Positions 31,665 through 41,532 of a stretch of 64,000 bases of DNA are shown here, piece after piece. The translations under genes were made by a program, and so were the position numbers. The stretch comes from an uncultured Acidobacteriota bacterium (lineage in GTDB: Bacteria > Acidobacteriota > Thermoanaerobaculia > Multivoradales > DATKCC01). The notes beneath the pieces are model-generated. The model saw only the letters and a program-made list of their open reading frames with translations. It ran no database searches and was not told the origin of the DNA. Where the stretch lies: contig CAVUBL010000010.1 in assembly GCA_963739795.1 (NCBI GenBank), positions 410,798-474,797 on the forward strand, in the 5' to 3' direction. Numbering within the stretch: the first letter of the stretch is position 1; each line of letters begins with the position of its first letter.

Positions 31665-32891
31665 TCAGGCGGCAGCCTGGACGATTCGAACCCGACTATT
31701 GCTCTGCCAGCAGCTCACGTTCGACTCGGTGCAGACCGGCCTCTCTTCCCCGTAGGAGAGGGTTTTAAGTCGGCTGCTGCTGATGCCCAGGGCAACCAAG
31801 GCAGCCTTCACGGCATCCGCTCGCGCCTGACCCAGTATGAGATTTTCTTCGGCGGTTCCGCACTCCGCGGTATGGCCCTCGAGGAAATAGAGAGAGGTTG
31901 GAACGGACGCCATTCCCGCGGCGATGACTGCCAACTCCTCCGGGTTGATCTCGACTCCGGTGTTGACGCCGCCGACCGTCTTGTTCCCAAAGTACAACGG
32001 CCACGTGGGATACGGGAATACAACCATGTCCGCGGGCACGAACGACGTGATCGGAGCGTCCTTCGGCGCGAGATTCAGGCAGGTCATGGCGTCGAGGCGC
32101 AGGAAGAGCTGGCTGCCTTCCACCCTGGCGAAGCTGGCGAAGATGTCCGCGCCGCTCGCGTCGTCTTGTGGATCCGTGCCGAGCTGGCTCATCGGATTCC
32201 AGTCCGATGGATCGCCGTCGAGCTGGATCGCGGCCCACGCCACCCCGCTCGCAACGGTCACCAGGAGCGCGGCGGAGAGCAGGGCCGGGACGCTGTTGCG
32301 GTGCGCGCGCAGAGTGCGAACCGCGGTGAAGGCCAGCAACAGGGCCAGCAGCCCGAGGCCCCACTCGCCGAGGGTCGGAACCTCCACGATGGAACGCAGG
32401 TCGAGCAGCATCGGCGCCCCGTCGCCGGCGCCGTTGTCGGTGAGCATCGCCTCGTCGCTGCCGGTATGGTTCACGCACGCAGACGGATCTTCGGCCGGGC
32501 AGGTGAGGAATGCGATGCGGCTCGACGCGCCGTGCGGCGCGGTCGCCAGCGGAAAGTGGGTTTCGAGGACGTTGGAGGCGCCGGTGCCGAGGCGCACGCC
32601 GAGCGGCCAGGTGCCGGAGTCGAGGGACTGGGGCGCTCCATAGGTCCCTCCCGAGCACGTCTCGAAGGTCACCGGTCCCACCCCGGGGGACGCATCGTCG
32701 AGCATCGTCGTGACGACGACCTCGACCCCCGCGAAGGGACCGTCCGAAGAGGGAACCTCGCATCCGGTCGCCGGATCGTTATCGAGGTTCAGGAGCGTCT
32801 GAACCACCGTTTGTGCGGATGCCGGGTTCCCGGCCGGGAAGAGCGCGATCAGTGGTATCGCGAGAGCAAGAAGCGTCGGTCGGAGTCTCAT
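31665..32891 (-). CDS. Exported protein with internal IPTL-CTERM-like motif and C-terminal OmpA/Pal-like domain
   Basis: Signal peptide; VPTLGEWGLGLLALLL; EGHT..CGT.E.N..LG..RA.AV..LSYGEERP. Confidence 0.72.
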   Translation of the reverse strand: MRLRPTLLALAIPLIALFPAGNPASAQTVVQTLLNLDNDPATGCEVPSSDGPFAGVEVVVTTMLDDASPGVGPVTFETCSGGTYGAPQSLDSGTWPLGVRLGTGASNVLETHFPLATAPHGASSRIAFLTCPAEDPSACVNHTGSDEAMLTDNGAGDGAPMLLDLRSIVEVPTLGEWGLGLLALLLAFTAVRTLRAHRNSVPALLSAALLVTVASGVAWAAIQLDGDPSDWNPMSQLGTDPQDDASGADIFASFARVEGSQLFLRLDAMTCLNLAPKDAPITSFVPADMVVFPYPTWPLYFGNKTVGGVNTGVEINPEELAVIAAGMASVPTSLYFLEGHTAECGTAEENLILGQARADAVKAALVALGISSSRLKTLSYGEERPVCTESNVSCWQSNSRVRIVQAAA

Positions 32892-32949
32892 CAGGCAGCG
32901 GTCTCCTCGAAGCGATCCGCGAGAAGGACTCCGGCGGAACGGTAAGAGG

Positions 32950-33290
32950 CGGACCCTATCCCATTCGAGGGTCACGGACAACGCCCCGGCAGGGCGATGC
33001 GAAGGCGCGACGGTTCCAATCGCTCTCGGTCGAAGAGCGGATGGCGTATCTCACCGAGCTCACCGAGCTGGCCCTCCAGAACAACCCCCGCATCGCCGAG
33101 TCCAAGGATGCTCCAGCGGCTCCAGGGCGTGCTCGCGTCCTTACGCTCCCATGACGTCGAATACCTGGTGATCGGCGGAATCGCCTCCGTTCTCCACGGC
33201 GTGCCGCGGGCGACGTTCCATCTCGACATCCTCATCCGGCCGGACATCGAGAACGCTCGGCGACTCCTCCAGGTATTGCACCTCGAGGCG
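32950..33290 (+). pseudogene. Truncated copy of the small-protein/nucleotidyltransferase module
   Basis: ~280 bp near-identical to 46058-46338; NTase (ATG 33108) stops matching after ~57 aa; DLD changed to HLD. Confidence 0.75.
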
Positions 33291-33627
33291 CCTGGCACCT
33301 GCGCCCGGGGCAGGCGGCGCTGCCGGCCGTCGAGGCGAGGCTCTCCCGGAGGATCCGGGGGTGGCGAGCGGCGATCCGTAGCAGGGCGATGGCGGGGCCC
33401 TCGGGATGCCGGCGGCCTTGCTCCCAGTTGCGCAGGGTGTGGACGCTGATCCCGACGGCGCGGGCGAGCTCCGCCTGCGAGAGGCCGATGAAGCGACGGA
33501 GGGCCGCCACGTCGGCGCCGGATTCGAACTGTCCGTTCATCAGGCGCTTTCTCATGCTCGCCGGGAGGCTGCGCGCGAGTTGCTCCGGAGTGAGCTCGGG
33601 GATGTGCTGTCGGGGCGACTCGTCCAT
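33232..33627 (-). CDS. XRE-family HTH protein (orphan HigA/MqsA-like antitoxin)
   Basis: LRRFIGLSQAELARAVGISVHTLRNWEQGRRHPEGPAIALL. Confidence 0.75.
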   Translation of the reverse strand: MDESPRQHIPELTPEQLARSLPASMRKRLMNGQFESGADVAALRRFIGLSQAELARAVGISVHTLRNWEQGRRHPEGPAIALLRIAARHPRILRESLASTAGSAACPGRRCQAPRGAIPGGVAERSRCPAG

Positions 33628-33685
33628 GCTGACGACGGGGCGCGGTCCGGGGCCGATAGCGCACCCTGTGCTAACGTCTCGCTTC

Positions 33686-34051
33686 ATGTCGAAGCAACGG
33701 ATTCGACGGGTAGCCGTTCCGTGCCTGTCCGCGATCCTGCTGCTGGGTGCGATCGACCTCGGCTCGTCGCGCGAGGTGCACGACCCCTACGCCACGGCCG
33801 GCGTGGAGGTCTTTCCGTGCACCTCGGCGCAGCCGGCCCCCTATCGCCACATCGAGTCGACGCACCCCGAGCACCTGCCGCTCTGCCCCTTCTGCCTGCT
33901 GCAGATGCAGAGCGCGGGCGCCCACCTGCCGCCGGCCGCGGGCAGGGTCTCGTCGCCCTCGCGAGAGTTCGAGGTGCGCGAGGTCCCCACTCCTCCCCTC
34001 CTCACCTTCCACCACCCGGCAAGCCTCCGCGGCCCCCCCGCGGCCTTCTGA
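33686..34051 (+). CDS. DUF2946/CruR-like leader protein (121 aa)
   Basis: N-terminal hydrophobic helix, His residues, CPFC, C-terminal RGPP; upstream of a TonB-dependent receptor. Confidence 0.7.
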   Translation: MSKQRIRRVAVPCLSAILLLGAIDLGSSREVHDPYATAGVEVFPCTSAQPAPYRHIESTHPEHLPLCPFCLLQMQSAGAHLPPAAGRVSSPSREFEVREVPTPPLLTFHHPASLRGPPAAF

Positions 34052-34201
34052 GCCCCTTCCAGCCGTCGCCTGAACACCCGGGCACCGCCGCGCGCGGCGC
34101 CTGGTCGATGTCCGTTTAGCCGGACGGTCCGCCGGATTCGGCCCCGTGCGGGATCCGGGCCGCCCGCTTGCGAAGGATTCAAAGGAACTCAGGAGGTACC
34201 C

Positions 34202-36634
34202 ATGTCTCGATATGGAATAGACCGAATCTTCAACCGGCGGGCGCTTCGCGTCGCCCGTCTCGTCTTCTGGCTCTCGCTCGCCCTGCCCGCCGCGGCCCTG
34301 GCCGGCCAGGTGCTGGGCAAGGTCATCGGCCCCGACGGCTCGCCGCTCCCCGGCGTGACCGTCCGTCTCTCCAACCACGTCACCGGCTACGAGCAGCAGG
34401 TCACCACCGGCGCCGACGGCGCCTTCCTGCTCTACAACGTCCCCGACAACCCCTATCACCTGACCGCCGAGCTCTCGGGCTTCTCGCCGGTCCACGAGGA
34501 CGTCTCGGTACGCGGCGCGGTGCCGGTGGAGCGCATGCTCACCCTGGCGCCGAGCTTTTCCGAGAGCGTCTCGGTCGAAGGCGCGAAGGAGCCCGTGGCC
34601 CTCGAGACCGACAGCTCCACCAGCCACGTGGACATCGACCGCTCCCTCATCCGCCGCTTCCCGGCGGCCGCAGCCTCGCGCGCCTTCGAGTCGATCGTGC
34701 TCTCGGCTCCCGGCTTCTCCCAGGACGAGAACGGGCGCTACCACTTTCAGGGCGGTCACTCGCAGCAGCTCCTGGTGGTCGACGGCCAGCCCATCGGCGA
34801 CCAGGTGGGGATCACATTCTCCAACTCTCTCGACCCGGCCATCGTCCAGGACCTCGAGATCCAGACCGGCGGGATCTCGGCCGAGTACGGAGAGAAGGCC
34901 TACGCGGTGCTCAACCTCACGACGCGCTCGGCCCTGGGTCATGACGGCTTCCACGGCGACGCCGGGGTCGGCGGCGGCAGCTTCGGCACCCACCAGGGCT
35001 CTGCGAACCTCGGCTGGGGCGCTGCGCGCCGCGGGGTGTTCGCCAGCGTCGACGGCTCGTCCTCGGACCGCTTCCTCGATCCCGTGTCGTTCGGCAACCT
35101 CCACAACCACGGCGACACTACCCGCGCCTTCGTCCGCTACGACCTGCTCTCGGGGAGCGGCTCGGACTCTCTGAGGTTCACGGCCAACGCCGGCCGTACC
35201 CGCCGCGACGTCACCAACCTGCCGTCCCAGGAGGCGGCGGGTCAGGCCCAGCGGGTCCACTCGGAGGACTGGAACGGCAACCTCGGGTATCAGCACGTCG
35301 CCGGCGACTGGGTCGCCGAGGGCCTCCTCTATGCCCGCGACAACCGCCTGCGCCTCTTCGGCTCACCCGGCGACACGCCGGTGACCGCCGACCAGAACCG
35401 CTCCCTGGCCAACCTGGGCGGGTCGTTCTCGATCTCTCGGCAGATGGGGGTCCACGAGCTCGAGGCCGGTGTCCAGGCCAAGAGGTTTCCCATCGACGAG
35501 CGGTTCGACTTCGGGATCACCGATCCCGGCTTGAACGACCCGGCTTCGGAGGGGTACGACGCCAATCTCGCGCCCTACGACCTCACCCGCGGCGGGCAGC
35601 TCTTCACATTCTCGGGCTCGCGCACGGGCACCTACGGAGCCGCCTTCGTCGAGGACACGATGCGCCTCCGGGCCCTGACCGTGCACGCGGGCGTGCGCTA
35701 CGGGCGCAACCGGCTCTTCGAGACGGAGTCGGAGGTCCAGCCGCGCCTCGGCGTCGCCTACTCCATCGCGCCCACCCACACGGTCCTCCGCGCCTCCTAC
35801 GACCGGATGTTCGTCACCCCGGAGTACGAGAACATCCTGCTCTCCTCCTCGCCCGAGGCCGCGGCCTTGGTGCCGCCGGACATCCAGGCCTCGAACCGCC
35901 TGGGCTTCGGGCAGCTCTACAACGTGTCGGAGAAACAAGACGTGATCAACGTCGGTGTGCAGCAGGGGATCGGCTCCGCCCTCAGAGTCGACGCCTCCTT
36001 CTGGAAGCGGCGGGTCACGAACGCCGCCGACCAGTCGCAGTTCTTCAACACCGGCATCGTCTTCCCCCTCAACTTCAAGGGCGGCGACCTACACGGCTGG
36101 AACCTACGGCTGGACGGTGGTCCGGTCGCCGGAGTGCGCGGCTACCTGTCGCTGGGGCACGTCCGGGCCATCTACGACCCGCCGTTCGTCGGCGGGCTCT
36201 TCCTCGACGCCGAGGCCCTCGACAGCCTTAGCGGCGGCCCGTTCGTCATCGACCACGACCAGAACCTCCAGGAGCAGCTCGGCCTTTACTGGGACGTTCC
36301 CGGAACCGGGTTCTGGCTCGGCCTGACCCAGCGCTACGACTCCGGCCTGGTGACCGACGCCGGGGACCCGGCGGACGTCCTCGCCAGCCCGGACACGGCC
36401 TACGCCGAGCCCTACATCCGGTTCGCCGAGGACCCGCAGCGGATCCGGCCACGCACCGTCTGGAACGCCTCCGCCGGGACGCGCCTGGAGCGCTACCACC
36501 TCCCGTTGGAGCTCGAGGTGGACGTCCTGAACCTGACCAACGAGAAGGGCCTCTACAACTTCCAGTCGGTCTTCGGCGGCACCCACGTCATCCCGCCCCG
36601 GGCGATCTCAGCCCGCCTCCGGGCGACGTTCTAG
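34202..36634 (+). CDS. TonB-dependent receptor with N-terminal carboxypeptidase-regulatory-like domain
   Basis: Signal peptide, plug region (GGISAEYG), beta-barrel pattern, C-terminal Phe (RLRATF). Confidence 0.9.
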   Translation: MSRYGIDRIFNRRALRVARLVFWLSLALPAAALAGQVLGKVIGPDGSPLPGVTVRLSNHVTGYEQQVTTGADGAFLLYNVPDNPYHLTAELSGFSPVHEDVSVRGAVPVERMLTLAPSFSESVSVEGAKEPVALETDSSTSHVDIDRSLIRRFPAAAASRAFESIVLSAPGFSQDENGRYHFQGGHSQQLLVVDGQPIGDQVGITFSNSLDPAIVQDLEIQTGGISAEYGEKAYAVLNLTTRSALGHDGFHGDAGVGGGSFGTHQGSANLGWGAARRGVFASVDGSSSDRFLDPVSFGNLHNHGDTTRAFVRYDLLSGSGSDSLRFTANAGRTRRDVTNLPSQEAAGQAQRVHSEDWNGNLGYQHVAGDWVAEGLLYARDNRLRLFGSPGDTPVTADQNRSLANLGGSFSISRQMGVHELEAGVQAKRFPIDERFDFGITDPGLNDPASEGYDANLAPYDLTRGGQLFTFSGSRTGTYGAAFVEDTMRLRALTVHAGVRYGRNRLFETESEVQPRLGVAYSIAPTHTVLRASYDRMFVTPEYENILLSSSPEAAALVPPDIQASNRLGFGQLYNVSEKQDVINVGVQQGIGSALRVDASFWKRRVTNAADQSQFFNTGIVFPLNFKGGDLHGWNLRLDGGPVAGVRGYLSLGHVRAIYDPPFVGGLFLDAEALDSLSGGPFVIDHDQNLQEQLGLYWDVPGTGFWLGLTQRYDSGLVTDAGDPADVLASPDTAYAEPYIRFAEDPQRIRPRTVWNASAGTRLERYHLPLELEVDVLNLTNEKGLYNFQSVFGGTHVIPPRAISARLRATF

Positions 36635-36662
36635 CGGCCGGTGGCCCCCTGCCCGCCTCGCG

Positions 36663-36758
36663 TCACCCGGCGCGGGGCGGGTCGTAGATGAACTCGAAGC
36701 GGTCCCAGAGGGCCTTGGCCTGTGCGGGTGGAAGGGTCTCGTAGGGCGATCCGGACAT
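36663..36758 (-). pseudogene. IS630-family transposase fragment
   Basis: Translates SPYETLPPAQAKALWDRFEFIYDP, resembling the IS630 LYE.FPP.EA....RLEFHYTP segment. Confidence 0.5.
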
Positions 36759-36780
36759 TGTTGGTTCTTCCACTTGCTTC

Positions 36781-37029
36781 GCCCTGGACCTCTACGCCTG
36801 GACCACCTACCGAGTGAGCCGGCTCCGTCGGCCGGCCTCGATTCCCTGGCATGAGCTGGCGCGGCGGTTCGGGAGCAGGGAGAGGGCGCTCCGGAACTTC
36901 CGGGTCTAGGTCCGGCGAGCGCTCGAGCGGATCCGGGTGGTCTATCCCGGGCTGCGCTAGGAGGTGACGCGGGAGAGCCTGCGGCTCTTCCCGGGGCCGA
37001 GCCATGTGGGACCGCGGCCGGTGCGGTGA
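36781..37029 (+). pseudogene. Plasmid replication initiator RepA (RepA_C-like) C-terminal remnant
   Basis: ALDLYAWTTYRVSRLRRPASIPWHELARRFGS..RNFRV*VRRALERIRVVYPGLR*EVT..LRLFPGPSHV; two in-frame TAG. Confidence 0.65.
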
Positions 37030-37052
37030 AGCTGAGGGGGCCGGCAGCTATC

Positions 37053-37370
37053 TCAGGCCGCCGTGTGCCTCGGGATCTTCTCCACCTCGCTCTCGAGCTT
37101 CCGCTCGGCGTGCCAGAGGTCGTACTCCGTCTGCATGCGGAGCCAGAGGCCGGGACCGTTGCCGCAGAAGCGGCCCAGGCGGACGGCCATCTCGGGCGAG
37201 ACGGCGGAGCGCTCGGCGAGGACCGCGTGGAGCATCTGGCGCGAGACGCGGAGCTGCCGAGCGGCCTCGCTGACGCTCAGACCGAGGGCGGGGAGCACGT
37301 CCTCGCGGAGAATTGCTCCGGGGTGGGTCGGGGCCATTCGAGGTGGCTGTTCCGCGGGAATCTCGGGCAT
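37053..37370 (-). CDS. higA: HigA/VapI antitoxin
   Basis: THPGAILREDVL..LSVSEAARQL..SPEMAVRL..WLRMQ..YDLW. Confidence 0.9.
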   Translation of the reverse strand: MPEIPAEQPPRMAPTHPGAILREDVLPALGLSVSEAARQLRVSRQMLHAVLAERSAVSPEMAVRLGRFCGNGPGLWLRMQTEYDLWHAERKLESEVEKIPRHTAA

Positions 37371-37383
37371 CTCTCTCCTGCCT

Positions 37384-37659
37384 TCAGTGGTACTGCTCCA
37401 GGTCCACCCGGAGGGCATCGCCGTCGTCCCACTCGAACGTGATGCGCCACGGGCCGTTGACGGCGAGGGCGTAGCGTTCGGGCTTTCCGTGGAGGCGGTG
37501 GAGTCGCCAGCCGGGCAAGTCGAGATCCTTCGGGTCTTCTGCGGCCTGAAGCGCCGTCAGTCGCATCCGCACACGATCGACCAGGTCGGGACGGATCCCC
37601 TTCGGGTCGTTCGCGTTCCAGAGCCTCGCCAGCCCCTTGTGCCGGAAGCTCCGGATCAT
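37384..37659 (-). CDS. higB: HigB (RelE superfamily) toxin
   Basis: MIRSFRHKGL..DLDLPGWRLH.L.G..VNGPWRITF signature. Confidence 0.9.
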   Translation of the reverse strand: MIRSFRHKGLARLWNANDPKGIRPDLVDRVRMRLTALQAAEDPKDLDLPGWRLHRLHGKPERYALAVNGPWRITFEWDDGDALRVDLEQYH

Positions 37660-37667
37660 CGAAAGTC

Positions 37668-37696
37668 AGGCTAGCGGATGGCACCGCCATTGTCAA
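37668..37696 (-). promoter_or_regulatory. sigma70 promoter of higBA with palindromic operator in the spacer
   Basis: TTGACA-17-TAGCCT, 8 nt before ATG; ATGGC-ggt-GCCAT inverted repeat at 37678-37690. Confidence 0.7.
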
Positions 37697-37721
37697 GCGA
37701 GGCTTTACAGGTTGAGCGGCG

Positions 37722-37742
37722 GGCCCGCGCACAGCGCGGGCC
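37722..37742. other. Hairpin/cruciform downstream of VR2
   Basis: GGCCCGCGC-aca-GCGCGGGCC, 12 nt past the stop codon. Confidence 0.75.
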
Positions 37743-37754
37743 AGAGGGCCAAGA

Positions 37755-39939
37755 TCACAGTCCTCCCGACGACGAACAACACACCCGAAACCCGATGACG
37801 TCGTTGCGGCTCTCGGGATGGACGACGTCGCGGTAGGCCGCGCGCAGGTACCTCGGGTAGTCGTGGAACGAGCCGCCCCGCAAAACCCGCGACGCGCCCG
37901 AGGACGGTCCGCTCGGGTCCTTCTCGGCTTCCGGGGGGTAGTCCCCGTACCAATCACCGCACCATTCCCAGACGTTGCCGGCGAGATCTTGGACTCCCTC
38001 CGGCGTCGCCCCCTCGGGGTAGGCGCCCACCGGCGTGGTGTCCCCAACACTCATGCCAAAGTTGGCCAGCTGCTCGCTGGGCTCGGCGTCTCCCCACGGG
38101 TACTTGCGCCCGTCGGGCCGCCGGGCGGCGTACTCCCACTCCGCCTCGGTGGGCAGCCGCACAAGACGTTCGTCTCCGCCCTCGGAGATCCGGCTTGAGA
38201 GCCACTCGCAAAACGCCATCGCATCCATCCAGGAGACGTTGACCACCGGGTGCTCGTCCTTGCCCTCGGGGATCTGCCCGTCCACCCAATGCTCCGGAGG
38301 CTCCTTGCGCGTCGCCTTTACGAAGACGGCGTACTCGGCGTTGGTCACCGGGTGGCGCGAGAGCCGGAACGGGCTCACCGTGACACGCCGGACGGGGGAT
38401 TCGTTTTTCTGGGCCTCTGAATCGTAGCCCGGGCCGTCCGGCTTCGTCCTGCTGCGCCCCCATCCAGAAGCTGCCTCCGGGGATCTCGAGCCAGGCCCCG
38501 GAGCCCAGGTCGAAGAGGTCTCGCTTGCCGCTGACGGGCCGCGCCTTGGGCGCTTCGACTGCCGGCGGCGTGGCGAAGTAGACCAGCAGGTGGCGCTGGC
38601 GGTCGCTGAGCTCTCGCAGCACCTTGAGATGCCGCTCCGGAAGGCCGCTCGCCCGGATGCGGGCCCACTCCGGAGGAGCTTCCTTCTCCCCGGCCGTCCC
38701 CTCCGCCGAGTCCTCGGTCTCCAGCCGTTCCATGTCCAGGAGAAACTTCCTCAGGTTCTGGGGCAGCGCTCGCACCTCTCGCCAGCGGTCGGCGGGCAGA
38801 ATCTCGGAAAGGAGGTGCCAAGCGACGACAGCGGGCTCGGGTAGCTCTTCCTCCCCCTCGCCCAGCTTGCCCGTATTGCGGAGCACCGCGAGAGTCATCG
38901 AGAGGTCGTTCAGGAAACGCTTCACGTGGCGGGGGTGCCGGGTCTCCAGGGCTCGAGCCAGGACCCGGACGTCTTCGCTCCCGCGCTCGCCGCCCGATCC
39001 CAGGACCCTCGCCAGGTCGGAACCCTCGAGGAGGCCGGTCACGTACCCTTCCGCCCCACTGGGGCTCACCTCCGGAAGGTCGAAGGCGACCTGGACGACC
39101 TTCTCGAGGAACTGATCCGCCTGCCCCTGAACGGTCTCCGGCAGGACTTCGACCAGGCGCTCCCAGTCGATCCCCAGGAAGAAGCAGACGCCGGGGAGGT
39201 CGAGGAAGAGGTTGATGGCCTCGATCACCTCGACGACTCGCTCCCGCCGACACCGGTCCAGGTCGTCGAGGAAGACGGCCAGGACCTCTCGGCGCTGGGT
39301 TTCCGGGCTCCAGAGCTGCGCTTCGGTGAGGCCGCCGGTATCGCGGAAAGCGGGCTGGAGCTCGAAGAGGAGCCGGGAGACCTCGTTGAAGAGGTCCCGG
39401 AAGGTGTCGTGGAAGGCCCGCTTCTCGTGGGCCGGGGCGTAGCGGCTTTCCGGGCCGTCGCCGAGGATGAGATCCCGGAGCGGCGCCGGCGCCGCCAGGC
39501 CGAAGAGGGCCTTCAAGGTCGCGCTCTTGTACGAGCCGACCAGGTGCTTGAGCTGGTCGAGCATGCCGCCCTTGCGGAGCTCGTCGATGGCGGCGCCCAG
39601 CAGGCCGGCCAAGATCGTGTCGTCGTCCGGGTACTTCCAGGCGTTGAACCAGAGGGTCCGGACCTTGCGGACGCCGGCAGGAGGGTTCGACTCGGGCTTC
39701 CCCGGGTTCTCGAGTAGCCACTGCGCCCGGCGGAGCAGCGTCGTCTTGCCGCGCCCCCAGCCGCCCCGCACCACCACCGTGAAGGGCGTCGAGTTGTCCG
39801 GGTTCCAGGCCAGCTCCGCCAGGGTTCGGGCGAAGCCCTCGAAACCGAGATCCAGCTCTTGCTCCCGAAGGGGATGGTCCGGGAAGACGCGCGCGAGGCG
39901 GGACGCCTCCGACGCCTCGGACTTCTTGCCCTTGCTCAT
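37755..39939 (-). CDS. DGR target 2: KAP-family P-loop NTPase fused to FGE-sulfatase/CLec domain (one indel near 38450)
   Basis: GGWGRGKTT, FNAWKY, FLDDLDRC, FLEKVVQVAFDLP; [31 protein letters not shown]; ends in VR2. Confidence 0.88.
37758..37895 (-). repeat. DGR variable repeat VR2
   Basis: 138 nt; 12 substitutions versus TR in the variable core, all at TR adenines. Confidence 0.93.
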
Positions 39940-40961
39940 GGGCTCCATCCTCTCAAACTTCGCCACGTCCCGGCCAGCTCGACGTGGCCGCGCCAGGCGG
40001 CGAGGCTCCGCTCGAGCTCCTCCGGCAGCTCGCCACCCTGCCGGCGGCGCCGCAACCGGCGCCGATACCGTCGAACGGTCTCACCGCGGACCCGGATCCG
40101 ATCCGGCCAGACGACATAGCCCAGGAACGGAACCCCTTCGTCCGATCGGCGGATCGACGCTCTTGCGGGGGTGGGCCACGAGGCGAAGCTCCGCGAGCTT
40201 GCCTTCGACTCGTTCCATCCACTGCCGTCAGGACTGCTTCTCGTCGTGAAGGAGGATGAAGTCGTCGACGAAGCGCAGGTACGCCGGCGCGCGCAAGCGT
40301 CCTTACCCAGTGGTCGAAGCCGTCCAGGTACAGGTTGGCCCAGATCTGCGCGGTCAGATTGCCGATGGGCAGGCCCTGCCGTCGGTCCCAAGGGGTGAGA
40401 CAGTCGTCGCCTGGGAAGTAGCACGAAACGGCTCGCGGGCTCGTGCCCATGATCCACGATTCGATCGAGCAGGGAGAGGAGCAGGGCATCCTTGAAGATT
40501 CCCGGAACTTCGCCTTCAGGATCTCATGGTCGATGGCCGGGAAGTACTTCCGAACGTCCACCTTGAGGGCGTAGCGGAAACGGCCGGCGAAACGCTGGTA
40601 GCGGAGAACGGCCCGGTGGCTTCCCTTGCCCCGCCGGTTGGCCCAACAGTCGAAGATCAGGCGGCGGTCGATCTCCGGTTCGATCACGTTGCAGATCGCG
40701 TGATGGACCACCCGGTCGGGATAGGGAGCGGCCGAGATCCAGCGCCTCTTGGGATCGTGAACCAGGAAGTGGCGATGAGGTGAGGGGCTCCAGCTCTCGG
40801 CCGCGAGCTCTCGGCTCAGGCCGATGGAGGTGGTCCTCCAGGCGGCGGTTGAAGCAGAGGACGTCCGGGCGGTAGCGCTTCCCGCACTGGGCTCGGCGGG
40901 CAGCGAGACGGAGGTTTTCGAAAGAGCACACCTCGGCGAAGAGCCCTCCGACCCGGCGCAC
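39936..40961 (-). CDS. DGR reverse transcriptase (several single-base indels as sequenced)
   Basis: Assembled from frames: [67 protein letters not shown]. Confidence 0.88.
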
Positions 40962-40971
40962 GGCGCGACGC

Positions 40972-41335
40972 CTACTCTTCTCGACGGGGCCCGGTGGCCT
41001 GGAGCCACCCGCCGATCATCCGCCCCAGCTCCTCGTTCTGGCCGCTGATGTATTCGAGCTGGCGTGGGGACAGGGCCTCGACCTCGGCCGCCAGCCGCAG
41101 CAGGATGCGGAGCTGGTCCAGAAGGCGGTTCGCCCGGTGGAGGGGGCGCTCCTTGCTGCGGGCATGGGACGCCTCGACGAGGGCCATGCAGAGGTCGAGG
41201 GCCGTGGTCTGGAGCTCGGTCGCCCAGGGTCAACTTGTAGCCGCCGGGGAACCGCTCGACCCGCGGCAGCAGCCACCGGTTGACGTCGTACGCCTTCTGG
41301 ACGATGGGAAGTAGCGCGTCGTCTGAGGGCGACAT
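40972..41335 (-). CDS. avd: DGR accessory variability determinant (four-helix bundle; one indel near 41220)
   Basis: KAYD..WL...[27 protein letters not shown]...ELGRMIGGW. Confidence 0.85.
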
Positions 41336-41360
41336 GGAGAAGGGAAGACCCAGGCGGCGC

Positions 41361-41401
41361 CCCCGCCGCGCGTTCGCCGACGAGCTACCAGCGCGGCGGG
41401 G
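41361..41401. other. Stem-loop in the TR-avd spacer (Sp-like DGR RNA element)
   Basis: CCCCGCCGCGC-19nt-GCGCGGCGGGG perfect 11 bp stem. Confidence 0.45.
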
Positions 41402-41532
41402 AGCCTTCTTCTTCGCCCGCGACCCGCGGGGCGCGACCCGGTCGGCCGGCGGGACTGGAGAGCGCGCGCTCCAACCGGGCCACCGTGGTGGCGCGACTGG
41501 ACTCCGGCGTCGCACCTGGAAGGCCAGGCCCC

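Noticed and set aside
36907-36960. Two in-frame TAG codons in the RepA remnant as pyrrolysine or stop recoding
   Set aside because: TAG is a normal stop elsewhere in the window and the gene lacks its 5' part; simple decay explains it.
40225-40245. In-frame TGA in the RT (EKQS*RQW) as selenocysteine
   Set aside because: Not a Cys position; explained by a compensating indel pair.
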